Source: Candidatus Cloacimonadales bacterium
Lineage (GTDB): Bacteria; Cloacimonadota; Cloacimonadia; Cloacimonadales; JAFGVF01
DNA length: 64,000 nt
Reading direction: 5' to 3'
Assembly (NCBI GenBank): GCA_963663475.2
Contig: CAXXJV010000002.1
Span: 256,001 to 320,000, forward strand
In this document: in pieces, positions 17,908 to 28,799 of the stretch
How the letters are laid out: every line of letters starts with the position of its first letter
How positions within the stretch are numbered: position 1 is the stretch's first letter
Position numbers and translations under genes: made by a program
The notes under the pieces: generated by a model
What the model was told of the DNA's origin: nothing
What the model saw: only the letters and a program-made list of their open reading frames with translations
The model's database searches: none

Positions 17908-20730
17908 CTATTTCATCAAAATCATTTTTTGGAAATAGCTATCTTTACCAATACTAACCTTAGTGAAGTATACTCCTGAAGATAAAGTTTGGTTTGATTT
18001 ATCACTAGCATTCCATACAAAAGAGTGCTTACCTTTTGCTTTTCGGCCAAGATTAACAGAATTAACTCTTTGCCCTTTGACATTATATATTTCAATAGCA
18101 ACATCATTATCTTGGGTTAGATAATATTCAATTTTGGTTGTTGGATTGAAAGGATTAGGATAGATTGAACTTATACCTTGAGTCAGAGGTATAACAAATG
18201 AATCATCAGTTTGGTTAAAGTTTACCTGAATTTGAATAGGTCCATATAAGTGACTTGTTCCGTCATATTCAGAAGTTTTTAACCAATAATAATAATTTCC
18301 GTTTTGTTGGATAGAATCATCAATGAAGATATAAGTATTAGTTTCTAGAGAGTTTTCTGATTCTAGGAATTCAATAGCTGCTGCCTCTTCTAGGTTTTCT
18401 TGGTTATTTCTCAAAACTGTATAACCAATAACATTAGATTCAGATTGGGTAGTCCAGGATATTTGAACCATCTCATCTTGCTGAATCTCTGCTGTGAATG
18501 CTGAAAGAGTCACAGGTAATGTTTCATTGTCTTCAAGTCCGATTTGATATGGAGCTTTGCTAGCTTTTGCACTTTGGTCAAATGTTAGGGTATAAGTAGC
18601 CTGGCGTGGGTCAGAGCTAACATCATAATTGTCTGGAGATATAGGATTTATACCAGCATAAAGGATAGGTTGATTACCTGAAGCAGTCCAATCATATTCT
18701 CCATCCTCACTAGCATTCCAATAGAAAGTTACCTGTCTTTGTCTATCGCTTTCAGTTGAAGAGTTTACTTGACCCTCTAGGTTCCAAGCTCTTTTAATAT
18801 AGGACGGATAAAAACCTGTAAGAGAAGTAGAGGCAGAAAAATTCAAGAGTGGTAAAGTATTATCAGAAATGTTTAAGTATCTTACTTGAGATGAAGATAA
18901 ACTCTTGATTGATGTTGATGCCGAATTAGATAAATAACCATTAGTTTCTGTAAGGCTACCATTAATGGTTAGAGCTTCTGAGAAGGAAACTCCATTAGGA
19001 TTATTAACTACTACATCATAGAGTGAAGAAACACCAGAAGTATAAGCTATGATATCATTTCCCAAGAAAGAAACTTGAGAACCTGTATCACCACGCATTG
19101 ATGCAGATTGCCCCAAAACTAAGTTGCCATTGATATCTAGATTACCTGCAATGATTAAATCATCTCCAGAAGAGTTTTCAATGAAGAGAGTGTCTGCACT
19201 ATTAATAACTAATTTGCCACCACTTTCTATAGTAGTACTAGAAATATACCAGTTTTCATAGATATTAACAGTATGATTATTTTGGATACTTATGCTAATA
19301 GCATTAGCTAAATCTGGGTAGGTTACAGCTGAAGTCCAACTAGATAAATCACTAGAATAAGACCAGATAGAGGCTGAACTATAATTGCCAGTTTCGCTAG
19401 TACGGAAGTGAAAATTAATAATAGGACTATTTTTTAAGGTTGGATAAGTACCTGCTATCTGCCAAATATTTGTAAAGTCCCAGTTGTTGAAATTACTCTG
19501 ATTAGAGAAATTACCAGTTGGCATACCTATTCCGCCAGCAGAAGTAGAAATGCCTGAAGTAGTAGTATCCCAATAAGCATCTTCTACAGAACCATAGGCA
19601 TTTGTTCCTCCTAAAGCAGGAGGTAAATAACCTGAAGAGACTCCTACTATTCCCCCCTTTCCGCCTAAGTAATTACCTGGTGTAATATTTCTGGTTACTG
19701 TGCCTGTAGCATAACTCCTGAAAATTGCACCACCAATAGAGCATCCAGCAAGACCACCAACTCTGTCTCCACCTGAGACATTTCCTAAGGCATAAGAGTC
19801 TTGAGTAGTTCCGTTTTCATTACAGCCAACTAATCCACCATACTTAATGTTATAAGGATTATAATATGCTTGTTCGATTACGTCTAAAGGATTTACTACA
19901 TTATTATTAGGATGGGTAGCTGAAACATCAACGTCAGCATAAGAAAACCTGATAACAGGAATCCTTAGTTTTCTATCGCTATTGTTGGCACCAACTAAGC
20001 CACCAGTAGAACCAAAACCACTTACTGTAGCAGACCCTGAAACTCCATCTGCTTTAGCATAACAGTTTTCAATATAGGCGATGTGGCTTCTTTCTGGGTT
20101 AGTATAAGGTAAGAATACTCTTCCAACTAAGGATCCAGTTGCTCTTCTTCCTGATACATTTGGATTTTCAATACCAAGATCTTTAATATAGACATCATAA
20201 TTTGTACCAGCTCCTTTTTCTGCTGATGGTCCATTACTCACTAGACCAAATAACCCTACAAAATCTTCACCATCCGTTGGATAGAGATTATTAGCCACTG
20301 GAGAAGCTTTTCTATTTATGAATAAATTTTTGATAACATGATTATTACCATTGAACTTTCCGTAAAAGGGACCAGATGAATTTCCAATTGGTTGCCAACC
20401 TTTATCTGCTTCCCACATTTGAACCCAGTTGTCAGAAATGAAAGCAGTTCCTGAATTGTGGTCATTAGTACAATAATGTGCATAATTATTATATCGTACT
20501 ATATTTCCAACGACATAGTCAGTATTGTTTTGATAAGAGGCAATTGTAGCTTGGTTTGTTGATTCTAATTCTAGATCACCTAAAAGATCATAGGTTCCAC
20601 CTAAATTATTTCTAACATTCCATAAATCTAAAACACTATTTATATCTATAGCATTAACCATAACAGAAAAAGACAATAACAATAGAGTTAAAATCAAAAT
20701 CTTTCCATTAAGCAGAATTTTCATTTTCAT
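17908..20730 (-). CDS. Secreted GLUG-repeat protein with CBM5/12-like insert and FlgD-Ig/T9SS-type tail (paralog of 13849-16659)
   Basis: Shared blocks LDLWNVRN and NPYNIKYGGLVGCNENG.TQDSYALGNVSGGDRVGGLAGC; LPVTLSAF; YPNPFNP. Confidence 0.75.
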   Translation of the reverse strand: MKMKILLNGKILILTLLLLSFSVMVNAIDINSVLDLWNVRNNLGGTYDLLGDLELESTNQATIASYQNNTDYVVGNIVRYNNYAHYCTNDHNSGTAFISDNWVQMWEADKGWQPIGNSSGPFYGKFNGNNHVIKNLFINRKASPVANNLYPTDGEDFVGLFGLVSNGPSAEKGAGTNYDVYIKDLGIENPNVSGRRATGSLVGRVFLPYTNPERSHIAYIENCYAKADGVSGSATVSGFGSTGGLVGANNSDRKLRIPVIRFSYADVDVSATHPNNNVVNPLDVIEQAYYNPYNIKYGGLVGCNENGTTQDSYALGNVSGGDRVGGLAGCSIGGAIFRSYATGTVTRNITPGNYLGGKGGIVGVSSGYLPPALGGTNAYGSVEDAYWDTTTSGISTSAGGIGMPTGNFSNQSNFNNWDFTNIWQIAGTYPTLKNSPIINFHFRTSETGNYSSASIWSYSSDLSSWTSAVTYPDLANAISISIQNNHTVNIYENWYISSTTIESGGKLVINSADTLFIENSSGDDLIIAGNLDINGNLVLGQSASMRGDTGSQVSFLGNDIIAYTSGVSSLYDVVVNNPNGVSFSEALTINGSLTETNGYLSNSASTSIKSLSSSQVRYLNISDNTLPLLNFSASTSLTGFYPSYIKRAWNLEGQVNSSTESDRQRQVTFYWNASEDGEYDWTASGNQPILYAGINPISPDNYDVSSDPRQATYTLTFDQSAKASKAPYQIGLEDNETLPVTLSAFTAEIQQDEMVQISWTTQSESNVIGYTVLRNNQENLEEAAAIEFLESENSLETNTYIFIDDSIQQNGNYYYWLKTSEYDGTSHLYGPIQIQVNFNQTDDSFVIPLTQGISSIYPNPFNPTTKIEYYLTQDNDVAIEIYNVKGQRVNSVNLGRKAKGKHSFVWNASDKSNQTLSSGVYFTKVSIGKDSYFQKMILMK

Positions 20731-20975
20731 AATTTTCTCCGTGCATAGTTTTAGTTATTATAATTTTTTTTTAGTTAAAAGCAAATGCTTAAAGTAATTA
20801 TTATAGGCATTATTAGAGAAATAAAATAGCTTTTGTTTAGTTTTGCTATTAATTATTATTAATGATGAGTTGCTTGTTATTGCACTAGAGTGAGTTACTC
20901 TTTATAGCTAATAAAATTATAAACTTCTTGACTTAAGACTAGTCTAGAAAAAATATTTTCAAAGGAGATAGAACA

Positions 20976-22346
20976 ATGCTAATATATGCAGTTACGAATG
21001 AAAATGATCTAAATAACATTCCCCAATGGGCCAAATGGATTGAGTTAAGAATAGACTTATGTTCTAGTTTGACCAATTATCTTGACCAGTTAAGAGGATA
21101 TAAGCTAATTATTACAGACAGGTCATATAAAGAGGGTGGGAAGAGTCAGAGGTCTTTGCAGGAAAAAGTGGAATATTACAAGCAGTTAAAGCTTGATTAT
21201 GAAATCTATTTTGATTTAGAAATTGAGCTCTTGAGGCAAAAACCAGATATTGATTTAAATTATGATTTCTATTTTCTTTCATTTCATTCTTTTGAAGCTT
21301 TGGACATTTCCAAGCTTGATAATCAAATAAGCTTTGCAAAAAAATATCAACCTTACATGATAAAGTTTGCTCAATATTGCTCTTCTTTCAAAGAGGTAAA
21401 TCAATTATATCAACTGGTTAAAGCTAGTAATATTAAACTACTGTGGTTAGTGATGGGTCCTTATGGATATCTACAAAGACTTCTTTATCCTTATCTTGAA
21501 TCTCAAGGATCTTATATTGCTAATTCAAGTCAAGAAACAGTTAAAGGTCAGCTCACTGTTGAAAGTGTGGAAAAATATCAACACTTTTTAAAATCAGACA
21601 TCTGTAAGTGGGGAGGGTTGATAGGAGGACAACAAGTTTATTCTTCCATAGGTTTGGACTTTTATAATAGCTATTTTAAACAGCATAATCTCAGTGCAAT
21701 TTATCTTCCAATCTATCTATCACAATCTGATATATCAGAATTTTTTGACTTACTAGAATCAAATAAAAAACTTAGAGATAAGTGTTATGGTTTTTCTCTA
21801 ACAATGCCTTTCAAGAAAGTAATTCCTCAGCTTTTCAACAAACAGAAAATTAGTAATTTATTAATCACTACTAATTCCTATAGCTTTTATAATACTGATT
21901 ATGATGCCTTATATAAAATGAAAAGAAAGTTGAAAGAGAAAGCTATAAGTAATGTCTTGATTTATGGAAGTGGTTCAATGGCTGAATTAGCTTTAGATAT
22001 TTTTTCTGATTATAAGATTTTCTTAACAGGTAGGAATAAAAAAAGGTTACAGGAACTAAAAAGATTAAATAATAATATAGAAATCATTGACCAAATTACC
22101 CCAGAATTATATTTTGATTTACTTATCAATACTTCACCGATTGGGATGAAGGGAGAAAGTTTCTCTCAGGAAACTGGGATTAGTAAATTCAAATATGTTA
22201 TTGATTTACCTTACTCTCCACTAGAGATACCTTTAGCAAAGCAAATTGCTAAGACTAAGTATTTTTCTGGTAGAGAGTTTTGGCAATATCAAAGTGAAAG
22301 GCAATTGCAATTATTTAAAGAAAGTATAGGAAATGACAAAGAATAA
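20976..22346 (+). CDS. aroDE: Type I 3-dehydroquinate dehydratase / shikimate dehydrogenase fusion (AroD-AroE)
   Basis: N-half IELRID, DRSYKEGG, LSFH, MIKF, MG...RL, GQL; C-half SLTMPFK, YNTD, GSGSMA, INTSPIGM; first gene of aro operon. Confidence 0.8.
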   Translation: MLIYAVTNENDLNNIPQWAKWIELRIDLCSSLTNYLDQLRGYKLIITDRSYKEGGKSQRSLQEKVEYYKQLKLDYEIYFDLEIELLRQKPDIDLNYDFYFLSFHSFEALDISKLDNQISFAKKYQPYMIKFAQYCSSFKEVNQLYQLVKASNIKLLWLVMGPYGYLQRLLYPYLESQGSYIANSSQETVKGQLTVESVEKYQHFLKSDICKWGGLIGGQQVYSSIGLDFYNSYFKQHNLSAIYLPIYLSQSDISEFFDLLESNKKLRDKCYGFSLTMPFKKVIPQLFNKQKISNLLITTNSYSFYNTDYDALYKMKRKLKEKAISNVLIYGSGSMAELALDIFSDYKIFLTGRNKKRLQELKRLNNNIEIIDQITPELYFDLLINTSPIGMKGESFSQETGISKFKYVIDLPYSPLEIPLAKQIAKTKYFSGREFWQYQSERQLQLFKESIGNDKE

Positions 22347-23127
22347 AATTTTACAAAATAGAGAAGAAACTTATAATATTGGGAATATTAAAGTAGGTTC
22401 AGATTTCTTAGTGATAGCTGGCCCTTGTAGCATTGAAGGCTATAAAATGGCAGCAGAGTCTGTTGAACATATCCTTAAAAATGGGGCTAACATCTTTAGA
22501 GGTGGTTCTTTTAAACCAAGAACTTCTCCCTATTCTTTTCAAGGACTTCAACAAGAAGCTTTGGAAATTCTTAAGACTATTAAACAGGAAACTAAAATAC
22601 CTATTGTTACAGAGATTCTTGACCCCAGGCAAATTGATAATAGACTTGATTTTATTGATATTATACAAATAGGGTCACGGTCTATGCATAACTTTCCCCT
22701 TCTCAAAGAAGTGGGTATGAGTAAAAAACCTGTTATTTTAAAACGTGGTTTTCAAGCTACTATTGAAGAGTGGGTACATAGTACTGAATATATTTTTAAA
22801 GAAGGAAATAGCAAGATTATTCTCTGTGAGAGAGGTATTAGAACCTTCGAAACATATACAAGGAATACTCTTGATTTAAGTGCTGTGCCTATTATGAAAC
22901 AATTAACAGATCTTCCTGTAATTGTTGATCCTACTCATGCTACAGGTAGAAGAAACTTAATTCCTGCAATGTGCAAGGCTGCTATCGCTGCAGGTGCTGA
23001 TGGTTTAATGGTTGAAGTTCACCCTAATCCAGAACAAGCTCTAAGTGATCCTGACCAGCAATTAAACTTTGCTGAATTTGCCTGTCTTATGAAAGAGCTA
23101 AAAGCAATTATTAACTTTTTCAAGTAG
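22333..23127 (+). CDS. aroF: DAHP synthase, class I-beta, without regulatory domain
   Basis: IAGPCSIE, FKPRTSPYSFQG, ILCERGIRTFE, DPTHATG. Confidence 0.93.
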   Translation: MTKNKILQNREETYNIGNIKVGSDFLVIAGPCSIEGYKMAAESVEHILKNGANIFRGGSFKPRTSPYSFQGLQQEALEILKTIKQETKIPIVTEILDPRQIDNRLDFIDIIQIGSRSMHNFPLLKEVGMSKKPVILKRGFQATIEEWVHSTEYIFKEGNSKIILCERGIRTFETYTRNTLDLSAVPIMKQLTDLPVIVDPTHATGRRNLIPAMCKAAIAAGADGLMVEVHPNPEQALSDPDQQLNFAEFACLMKELKAIINFFK

Positions 23128-23132
23128 GCTGT

Positions 23133-24158
23133 ATGACTTGGCTAGATGATTATCTAAGAAAAGTATCTTATCTCAAAAGCAATGTTTTTCTAAGTCCTTA
23201 TGAAAATCAAGAGATTTTTATTATTACAGATGACAATTTAGAATCTCTTTATCATGCTGAAATTGCTAACTTTGCATATTATAGTATTAAAGCGGGAGAA
23301 GAATCTAAATGCCTGCAAGAAGTAAATTTAATATTAGAAAGGCTTTTACAAGATAACTTTTCTAGAAATGTTTCCATAATAGCTTTTGGTGGAGGCATAG
23401 TCTGCGATATTGCTGGTTTTGTCTCAGCTATCTATAAGAGAGGTTGCAAGTTACTTCTTATGCCAACAAGTCTAATTGCTATGGTTGATGCTAGCATTGG
23501 TGGTAAAAATGGAGTTAACTCAAGAGATTATAAAAACCAATTTGGAACGGTAAAACAAGCTGATAGAATCAATATTGATATAGATTTGTTAAAGACTTTA
23601 CCTCTAGCTGAGCTTAAAAATGGAATGGCTGAAGTGATTAAGCATGGTTTATTAGCATCTCAATCATACTATGAAGAAGCTCTTAAATTTTTGGACAGTA
23701 TTAGAGTTGAGACTATAAGTAATGCTGGTCTTGATTCGCTTATTAGAGAATCTATAGCAATTAAACTAGCATTTGTTGCAGGTGACGAAAGTGATAAAGG
23801 ACAAAGAAGATTTTTAAATTTTGGCCACACTCTAGGGCATGCTATCGAGAAATTATATCATTTTCCCCATGGTCAGGCAGTTGTTTGGGGCATGTTACAA
23901 GCAGTAAAAATATCCTATCAAACTGGCTTAATGTCTAAATCTATTTATCAGCGAATCAAGTCTGATCTAGAAAGGATTAACACATTTGATGATAGTGTAA
24001 TTGACTGGGATAAGATTCAGGAAGCTCTGCTAAGTGATAAAAAAAGACAGGGTGTTGGACTTGTTTTTATTCTACTGGAAGATTTCGCTAAGCCTCTTGT
24101 AAGAGAAATTGATTTTTCAATAATTAAGCAAACCCTATTTGAAGAAAATGCAAAATAA
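23133..24158 (+). CDS. aroB: 3-dehydroquinate synthase
   Basis: GGGIVCDIAGF, PTSLIAMVDASIGGKNG, LNFGHTLGHAIE. Confidence 0.95.
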   Translation: MTWLDDYLRKVSYLKSNVFLSPYENQEIFIITDDNLESLYHAEIANFAYYSIKAGEESKCLQEVNLILERLLQDNFSRNVSIIAFGGGIVCDIAGFVSAIYKRGCKLLLMPTSLIAMVDASIGGKNGVNSRDYKNQFGTVKQADRINIDIDLLKTLPLAELKNGMAEVIKHGLLASQSYYEEALKFLDSIRVETISNAGLDSLIRESIAIKLAFVAGDESDKGQRRFLNFGHTLGHAIEKLYHFPHGQAVVWGMLQAVKISYQTGLMSKSIYQRIKSDLERINTFDDSVIDWDKIQEALLSDKKRQGVGLVFILLEDFAKPLVREIDFSIIKQTLFEENAK

Positions 24159-25386
24159 CCAAAAAAGTGTAGTAGCTCCTGCATCTAAAAGTTCTTCTTT
24201 GAGAGCACTAATCTGCTGTCTATTACACAAAGATCAAACTAGTCTTCAAATCAAGAATATTTCTTTATGCCAAGATGTTAAATCAGCTTTGCAAGTAATC
24301 AAGCAACTCAGAAGACAAGAGCAAACAATCACAGCTAGGGATTTAAAAATCGATTTTCTTAAGGGTATAAGTAATATTCAAAAACTTAAATTTAATGTAG
24401 GGGAATCTGGCTTTTTAGCTAGAAGTCTTGTAAGTATTGCTTGCTTGTTTTCCCAAGAATTTATAATAGAGGGATTAGCTAGTATTAATAGACGAAATTT
24501 AGGAATAAAACCTTTTGCCGATATCCTTGGTTTAGAAGCTCAATCATCTTACTTACCAGTTAAAATTAAAGGAATTATTGAAGGCAGAGATTATATTATC
24601 AATGAACACTCTTCTTCTCAATTTCTTTCAGGATTATTATTTACTTTACCCTTACTTGATAATGATTCAACTATTAAGATTGAACAAATGGTTAGCAGAC
24701 AGTATATCAATTTAACTCTTCATTATTTAACAAAGTGTAAAGTTAAGTATCTTGTGGAAGATAATAACTTGATTAAAATTCCTGGAAGGCAAGAGTATAA
24801 GTTCAATGAACTGACAGTAGAATCTGATTGGTCAAGTTTGCCTTATCTAATAGCTGTTGGCTTAATGCTAGGTGGACTTGTTATTGAGGATATAGTAGAT
24901 TCTCCTCACTCTCCTGATAGAGTTTTCTTAAATCTTCTTACTGAGATAGGTGGCAATTACACTTTTCAAGGAAATAATATTCTAAAAGTAGAGAAATCTC
25001 ATATTAAGGGATTCACTTTTGATTTAACCTCAAGTCCAGACTTAGCAGCAGTCCTAGTATCTCTTGCTTTAATAGCCACTAGTCCTTCTAAACTAACAAA
25101 CTGCTACAGATTAAGAAATAAGGAATCAGATAGATTAATAGCTTTGATGGATATGATAAGCTCGCTTGGGGCCCATTATATTTATGAAGATGATGCTTTA
25201 ACTATCTTTCCTCATGAACTCAAAGGAGGCCATATCAAAAGCTATGACGACCATAGAATAGCAATGTCAGCTCTAATCCTAAATGCCTTAGATTCTTGTA
25301 ATGTTACTGTTGATAATTATGATTGTATAGACAAGTCTTATCCAGATTTTATAACTGATATGAAGAAATTAGGAGTTAACCTATGA
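24139..25386 (+). CDS. aroA: EPSP synthase (divergent)
   Basis: ASKSSSLR, GESG, SSQFLSGLL, LRNKESDRL, DDHRIAM, KSYPDF. Confidence 0.9.
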   Translation: MKKMQNNQKSVVAPASKSSSLRALICCLLHKDQTSLQIKNISLCQDVKSALQVIKQLRRQEQTITARDLKIDFLKGISNIQKLKFNVGESGFLARSLVSIACLFSQEFIIEGLASINRRNLGIKPFADILGLEAQSSYLPVKIKGIIEGRDYIINEHSSSQFLSGLLFTLPLLDNDSTIKIEQMVSRQYINLTLHYLTKCKVKYLVEDNNLIKIPGRQEYKFNELTVESDWSSLPYLIAVGLMLGGLVIEDIVDSPHSPDRVFLNLLTEIGGNYTFQGNNILKVEKSHIKGFTFDLTSSPDLAAVLVSLALIATSPSKLTNCYRLRNKESDRLIALMDMISSLGAHYIYEDDALTIFPHELKGGHIKSYDDHRIAMSALILNALDSCNVTVDNYDCIDKSYPDFITDMKKLGVNL

Positions 25387-26393
25387 ATAGTTTCGGAAGA
25401 ATGTTAAGAATTCAAGTATTTGGTGAATCACATGGAAGTGAGCTGGGAGTAATCCTTGATGGAGTTCCACCAGGTATCAAAATAGATAAGCAAGAATTGC
25501 AGAACTTTTTACAGAGAAGAAGACCTAATAAGCAGGGTACCACACCTAGAAAAGAAGCAGATATTGCAGATTTTAAATCTGGAATCATAGATGATTTTAC
25601 TAGCGGAGCTCCAATCCTTATTACCTTCGCCAATGCTAATGTTAGATCTGCTAACTACCAACAAATGCATGATATACCCAGACCTAATCATACTGATTTA
25701 GTTGCTCGTCAAAAGTATTTTGGTTACAATGAAATACGCGGAGGTGGTCACTTCTCAGGTAGGTTAACTCTTGGACTAGTTGCAGCTGGATTTATAGCTA
25801 AACAGATAATTCCAGAAGTTGATATCAAGGCTGAAATCTATGAAGTTGGTGGACAGAAGAATTATGAAGAGATTCTTCTTAAAGCTATTTCAAACAAGGA
25901 TTCCTTAGGAGGTGAAATTCATTGTAGAGTGACTAAAGTTCCCCTAGGCTTAGGTGATCCTTTCTTCAACTCTTTTGAATCCCAATTAGCCCACGCAATC
26001 TTTAGTATTCCAGGTGTTAAAGGTCTAAGCTTCGGACTTGGTAAATCTCCTGCCAAATCATTTGGTAGCGACTATAATGATAGCATTATTAACAGCAGTG
26101 GTAAGACAAAATCAAACAATTCTGGTGGATTAGTAGGTGGACTTACCAACGGTAATGATATTGAATTTTCTGTGATTATCAAACCAACATCTAGTATTGG
26201 TAAACAGCAAGAAAGTTATAGTTTTTCTCAAGATAAACCTGTCAAATTCAATATCCCAGGAAGGCATGATGTTTGCTTTGCCTTAAGAGTTCCTGTAATT
26301 ATTGAAGCAGTTACAGCTCTTGTTATGGCAGATTTCTACCTACAAAGGTTAAGTGAGGTGGCTGAATATGAGTCTAGAAAAAATCAGAGATGA
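25383..26393 (+). CDS. aroC: Chorismate synthase
   Basis: FGESHG, PRPNHTD, RGGGHFSGRLT, GRHDVC. Confidence 0.95.
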   Translation: MNSFGRMLRIQVFGESHGSELGVILDGVPPGIKIDKQELQNFLQRRRPNKQGTTPRKEADIADFKSGIIDDFTSGAPILITFANANVRSANYQQMHDIPRPNHTDLVARQKYFGYNEIRGGGHFSGRLTLGLVAAGFIAKQIIPEVDIKAEIYEVGGQKNYEEILLKAISNKDSLGGEIHCRVTKVPLGLGDPFFNSFESQLAHAIFSIPGVKGLSFGLGKSPAKSFGSDYNDSIINSSGKTKSNNSGGLVGGLTNGNDIEFSVIIKPTSSIGKQQESYSFSQDKPVKFNIPGRHDVCFALRVPVIIEAVTALVMADFYLQRLSEVAEYESRKNQR

Positions 26394-26616
26394 TATCGAT
26401 AAACTAGATAGAAAGCTAGTTGAACTCTTACGAGCAAGAATGGATTTAGCGATAAAATCTAAAAAATATAAAAAAGAAATTGAAGATTTAGATAGAGAAA
26501 GGCAAGTCTTAAAAAACTTAAAATTATTAGCCCAGAAATATAATCTTGATAGTAATTACATAATGAGCATTTACCAGCTAATTTTTGAAGAAGGTAAAAA
26601 GCAACAAAAAGGATGA
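26368..26616 (+). CDS. Stand-alone chorismate mutase (AroQ / CM_2)
   Basis: LEKIRDDIDKLDRKLVELLRARM...DRERQVL; ATG 26368 preceded by GAGGTG. Confidence 0.85.
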   Translation: MSLEKIRDDIDKLDRKLVELLRARMDLAIKSKKYKKEIEDLDRERQVLKNLKLLAQKYNLDSNYIMSIYQLIFEEGKKQQKG

Positions 26617-26729
26617 TTCCATTCTTATCTTCATTTATTTGCTAGATTGCAAATAAAATTAAATTAAATATTGACAGTTATTGAACTTCTTTTAAAATTA
26701 ACAAATTGAATATTTCGAGAGGAGAACTA

Positions 26730-27035
26730 ATGCAAAATAAGAAGCAAATTAATTTAAAATTAGATGAAAAAGTAGGAGAGGGAGTCTATTCTAACCTCGT
26801 GGTTATCTCACACAACCAATCAGAATTTATAATTGACTTTGGTAGACTTCTACCAGGACTCCAAGATGCTAAGATACTCAGTAGAATTATTAAAACACCT
26901 CAACATGCAAAACAATTTCTAAACTCTCTACAGAAGAATATTGATAACTATGAAAAACAATATGGTGAGATTGTTGTAAAAGGTTTACCAGAAAATAACA
27001 AGTCTATTGGTTTTACTAATAAGAAAGAAGACTAA
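26730..27035 (+). CDS. DUF3467-like protein
   Basis: GVYSNLVVISHNQSEFIIDF...SRII.TPQHAK...YEKQYGEI; RBS GAGGAG before ATG 26730. Confidence 0.8.
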   Translation: MQNKKQINLKLDEKVGEGVYSNLVVISHNQSEFIIDFGRLLPGLQDAKILSRIIKTPQHAKQFLNSLQKNIDNYEKQYGEIVVKGLPENNKSIGFTNKKED

Positions 27036-27225
27036 TTCTATAAATATAAAAAGTTGCAGTATTTATTTGTCATTATAATCAAAGACTATTTTTCAAGATC
27101 AAGAAAAAAATATGGTCATTCAATTAAATACTTGACTTATTAAGATAAAAATAAGATATTGCACTGATTAAAATTAAAAATGAAAGTATATTATAAAAAT
27201 TTATTAATACATGAGGGAGTTATCG

Positions 27226-28788
27226 ATGAGAAATTCAACATTTAACAGAATCTTGATAGCAGTTTTCTTAATTGCTACTGCATATTTTGTATATGTGATG
27301 TTCGATAATGACTCACCGTTAAATTTTGCCGAAAAGAAGTTAAACTTAGGGCTTGATTTAGCTGGTGGCTCATACTTTGTTTTAGAAGTGGACACTTCTG
27401 AATTAGAAGGAACATCTGAGATTGAGAAAGCTTTAGATTCAAATATTGAAGTTATTCGAAACCGCGTGGATAAATTTGGACTTACCGAGCCAGTTATCCA
27501 AAAGAAAGGAACAAAACAGATTATTGTACAGCTTCCAGGAGTTAAAGATCCTGCTAGAGCAAAAAAACTATTAGGGCAAACAGCTCTTTTAGAATTCAAA
27601 ATTGTAGCTAATGACTTTAGAACTAGACGTGCTTTAGGCGAAATTGACAAATATTTTGCTAAAAATAGTATGAATCAAATTAAAGAAATTAGTAAAGAAG
27701 CTAATATTGCTGACCCAACAGAAGAACAAGCTAAAGAACCATTCTCAACTTATATCGTTTCTAATGGTTTTATCCGCAGTGAATTTGTTGATTTTATGAG
27801 ACCATTTACTGATTCACTCTTTGCCAAAAATAGAGTATTATCAGGTAATCATCAGTTAGCATTAATGAAATCTGATGAAGAAATGAGATTAACACGTGGA
27901 GTACCATTTGTAATTATTAATTCTAAACCTGAGTTAGATGGTTCTGTATTAAAACAAGCTTCTTGGAGATTTGCTGAATCTTCATCAACCCAATTGAGAT
28001 CTTCTTCATCTCCTGAAATCAACTTAGAATTTGATAGAGAAGGAGCAGATTTATTTGCAAAGGTTACTGGTGATAATGTTGGAAGACAATTAGCTATAGT
28101 TTTAGATAATATAGTTTATTCAGCTCCAAATATTTCAGGAAGAATTCCTGGTGGTAGAGCTGTGATTACTGGTTCTTTCTCAGTTACAGAAGCAGAAGAC
28201 CTTACTAATATTCTTAATAATGGTTCTTTAAAAGCTCCATTAAAGATAGCTCAAGAAAGTACAGTAGGTCCTTCATTGGGTAAAGATAGTATTGAAAAAG
28301 GTAAGATGGCAGGAATTATTGGTTTAGCAGTTATCTTCATATTTATGCTTGTATATTATAAAGTTGCAGGTATTTATGCTAATATTGCTTTAATCTTTAA
28401 TATTTTATTCATCTTAGGTATGCTTACCATGTTTGGTGCTGCCTTAACAATGCCTGGTATCGCTGGTATTATTCTTACAATTGGTATGGCAGTTGATGCA
28501 AACGTACTTATTTTTGAAAGAATTAAAGAAGAATTAAAGATTGGAAAATCAGTTAATTCAGCAATTGAAGCTGGCTTTAATAGAGCTGTTATTACAATTA
28601 CTGATGCAAATATCACAACCCTTATCGCTGCAGTAGTTCTTTATAGCTTTGGTAGTGGAGCTATTAGAGGTTTTGCAGTTACCTTAATGATTGGTATTAT
28701 TGGTTCAATGTTCTCTGCTATTGTTTTAGTAAGATCAATGTTCAATACATTCATTGTTGGTAAGAAAAAAGATAAGCTTAGTATCTAA
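27226..28788 (+). CDS. secD: Protein translocase subunit SecD
   Basis: LGLDLAGG, RVDKFGLTEP, VGPSLG, GMAVDANVLIFERIKEE. Confidence 0.96.
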   Translation: MRNSTFNRILIAVFLIATAYFVYVMFDNDSPLNFAEKKLNLGLDLAGGSYFVLEVDTSELEGTSEIEKALDSNIEVIRNRVDKFGLTEPVIQKKGTKQIIVQLPGVKDPARAKKLLGQTALLEFKIVANDFRTRRALGEIDKYFAKNSMNQIKEISKEANIADPTEEQAKEPFSTYIVSNGFIRSEFVDFMRPFTDSLFAKNRVLSGNHQLALMKSDEEMRLTRGVPFVIINSKPELDGSVLKQASWRFAESSSTQLRSSSSPEINLEFDREGADLFAKVTGDNVGRQLAIVLDNIVYSAPNISGRIPGGRAVITGSFSVTEAEDLTNILNNGSLKAPLKIAQESTVGPSLGKDSIEKGKMAGIIGLAVIFIFMLVYYKVAGIYANIALIFNILFILGMLTMFGAALTMPGIAGIILTIGMAVDANVLIFERIKEELKIGKSVNSAIEAGFNRAVITITDANITTLIAAVVLYSFGSGAIRGFAVTLMIGIIGSMFSAIVLVRSMFNTFIVGKKKDKLSI

Positions 28789-28799
28789 GGGAGAAATAA

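Noticed and set aside
13849-20730. Diversity-generating retroelement acting on the paralogous surface proteins
   Set aside because: No reverse transcriptase and no template/variable repeat pair differing only at adenines; similarity is ordinary paralogy.
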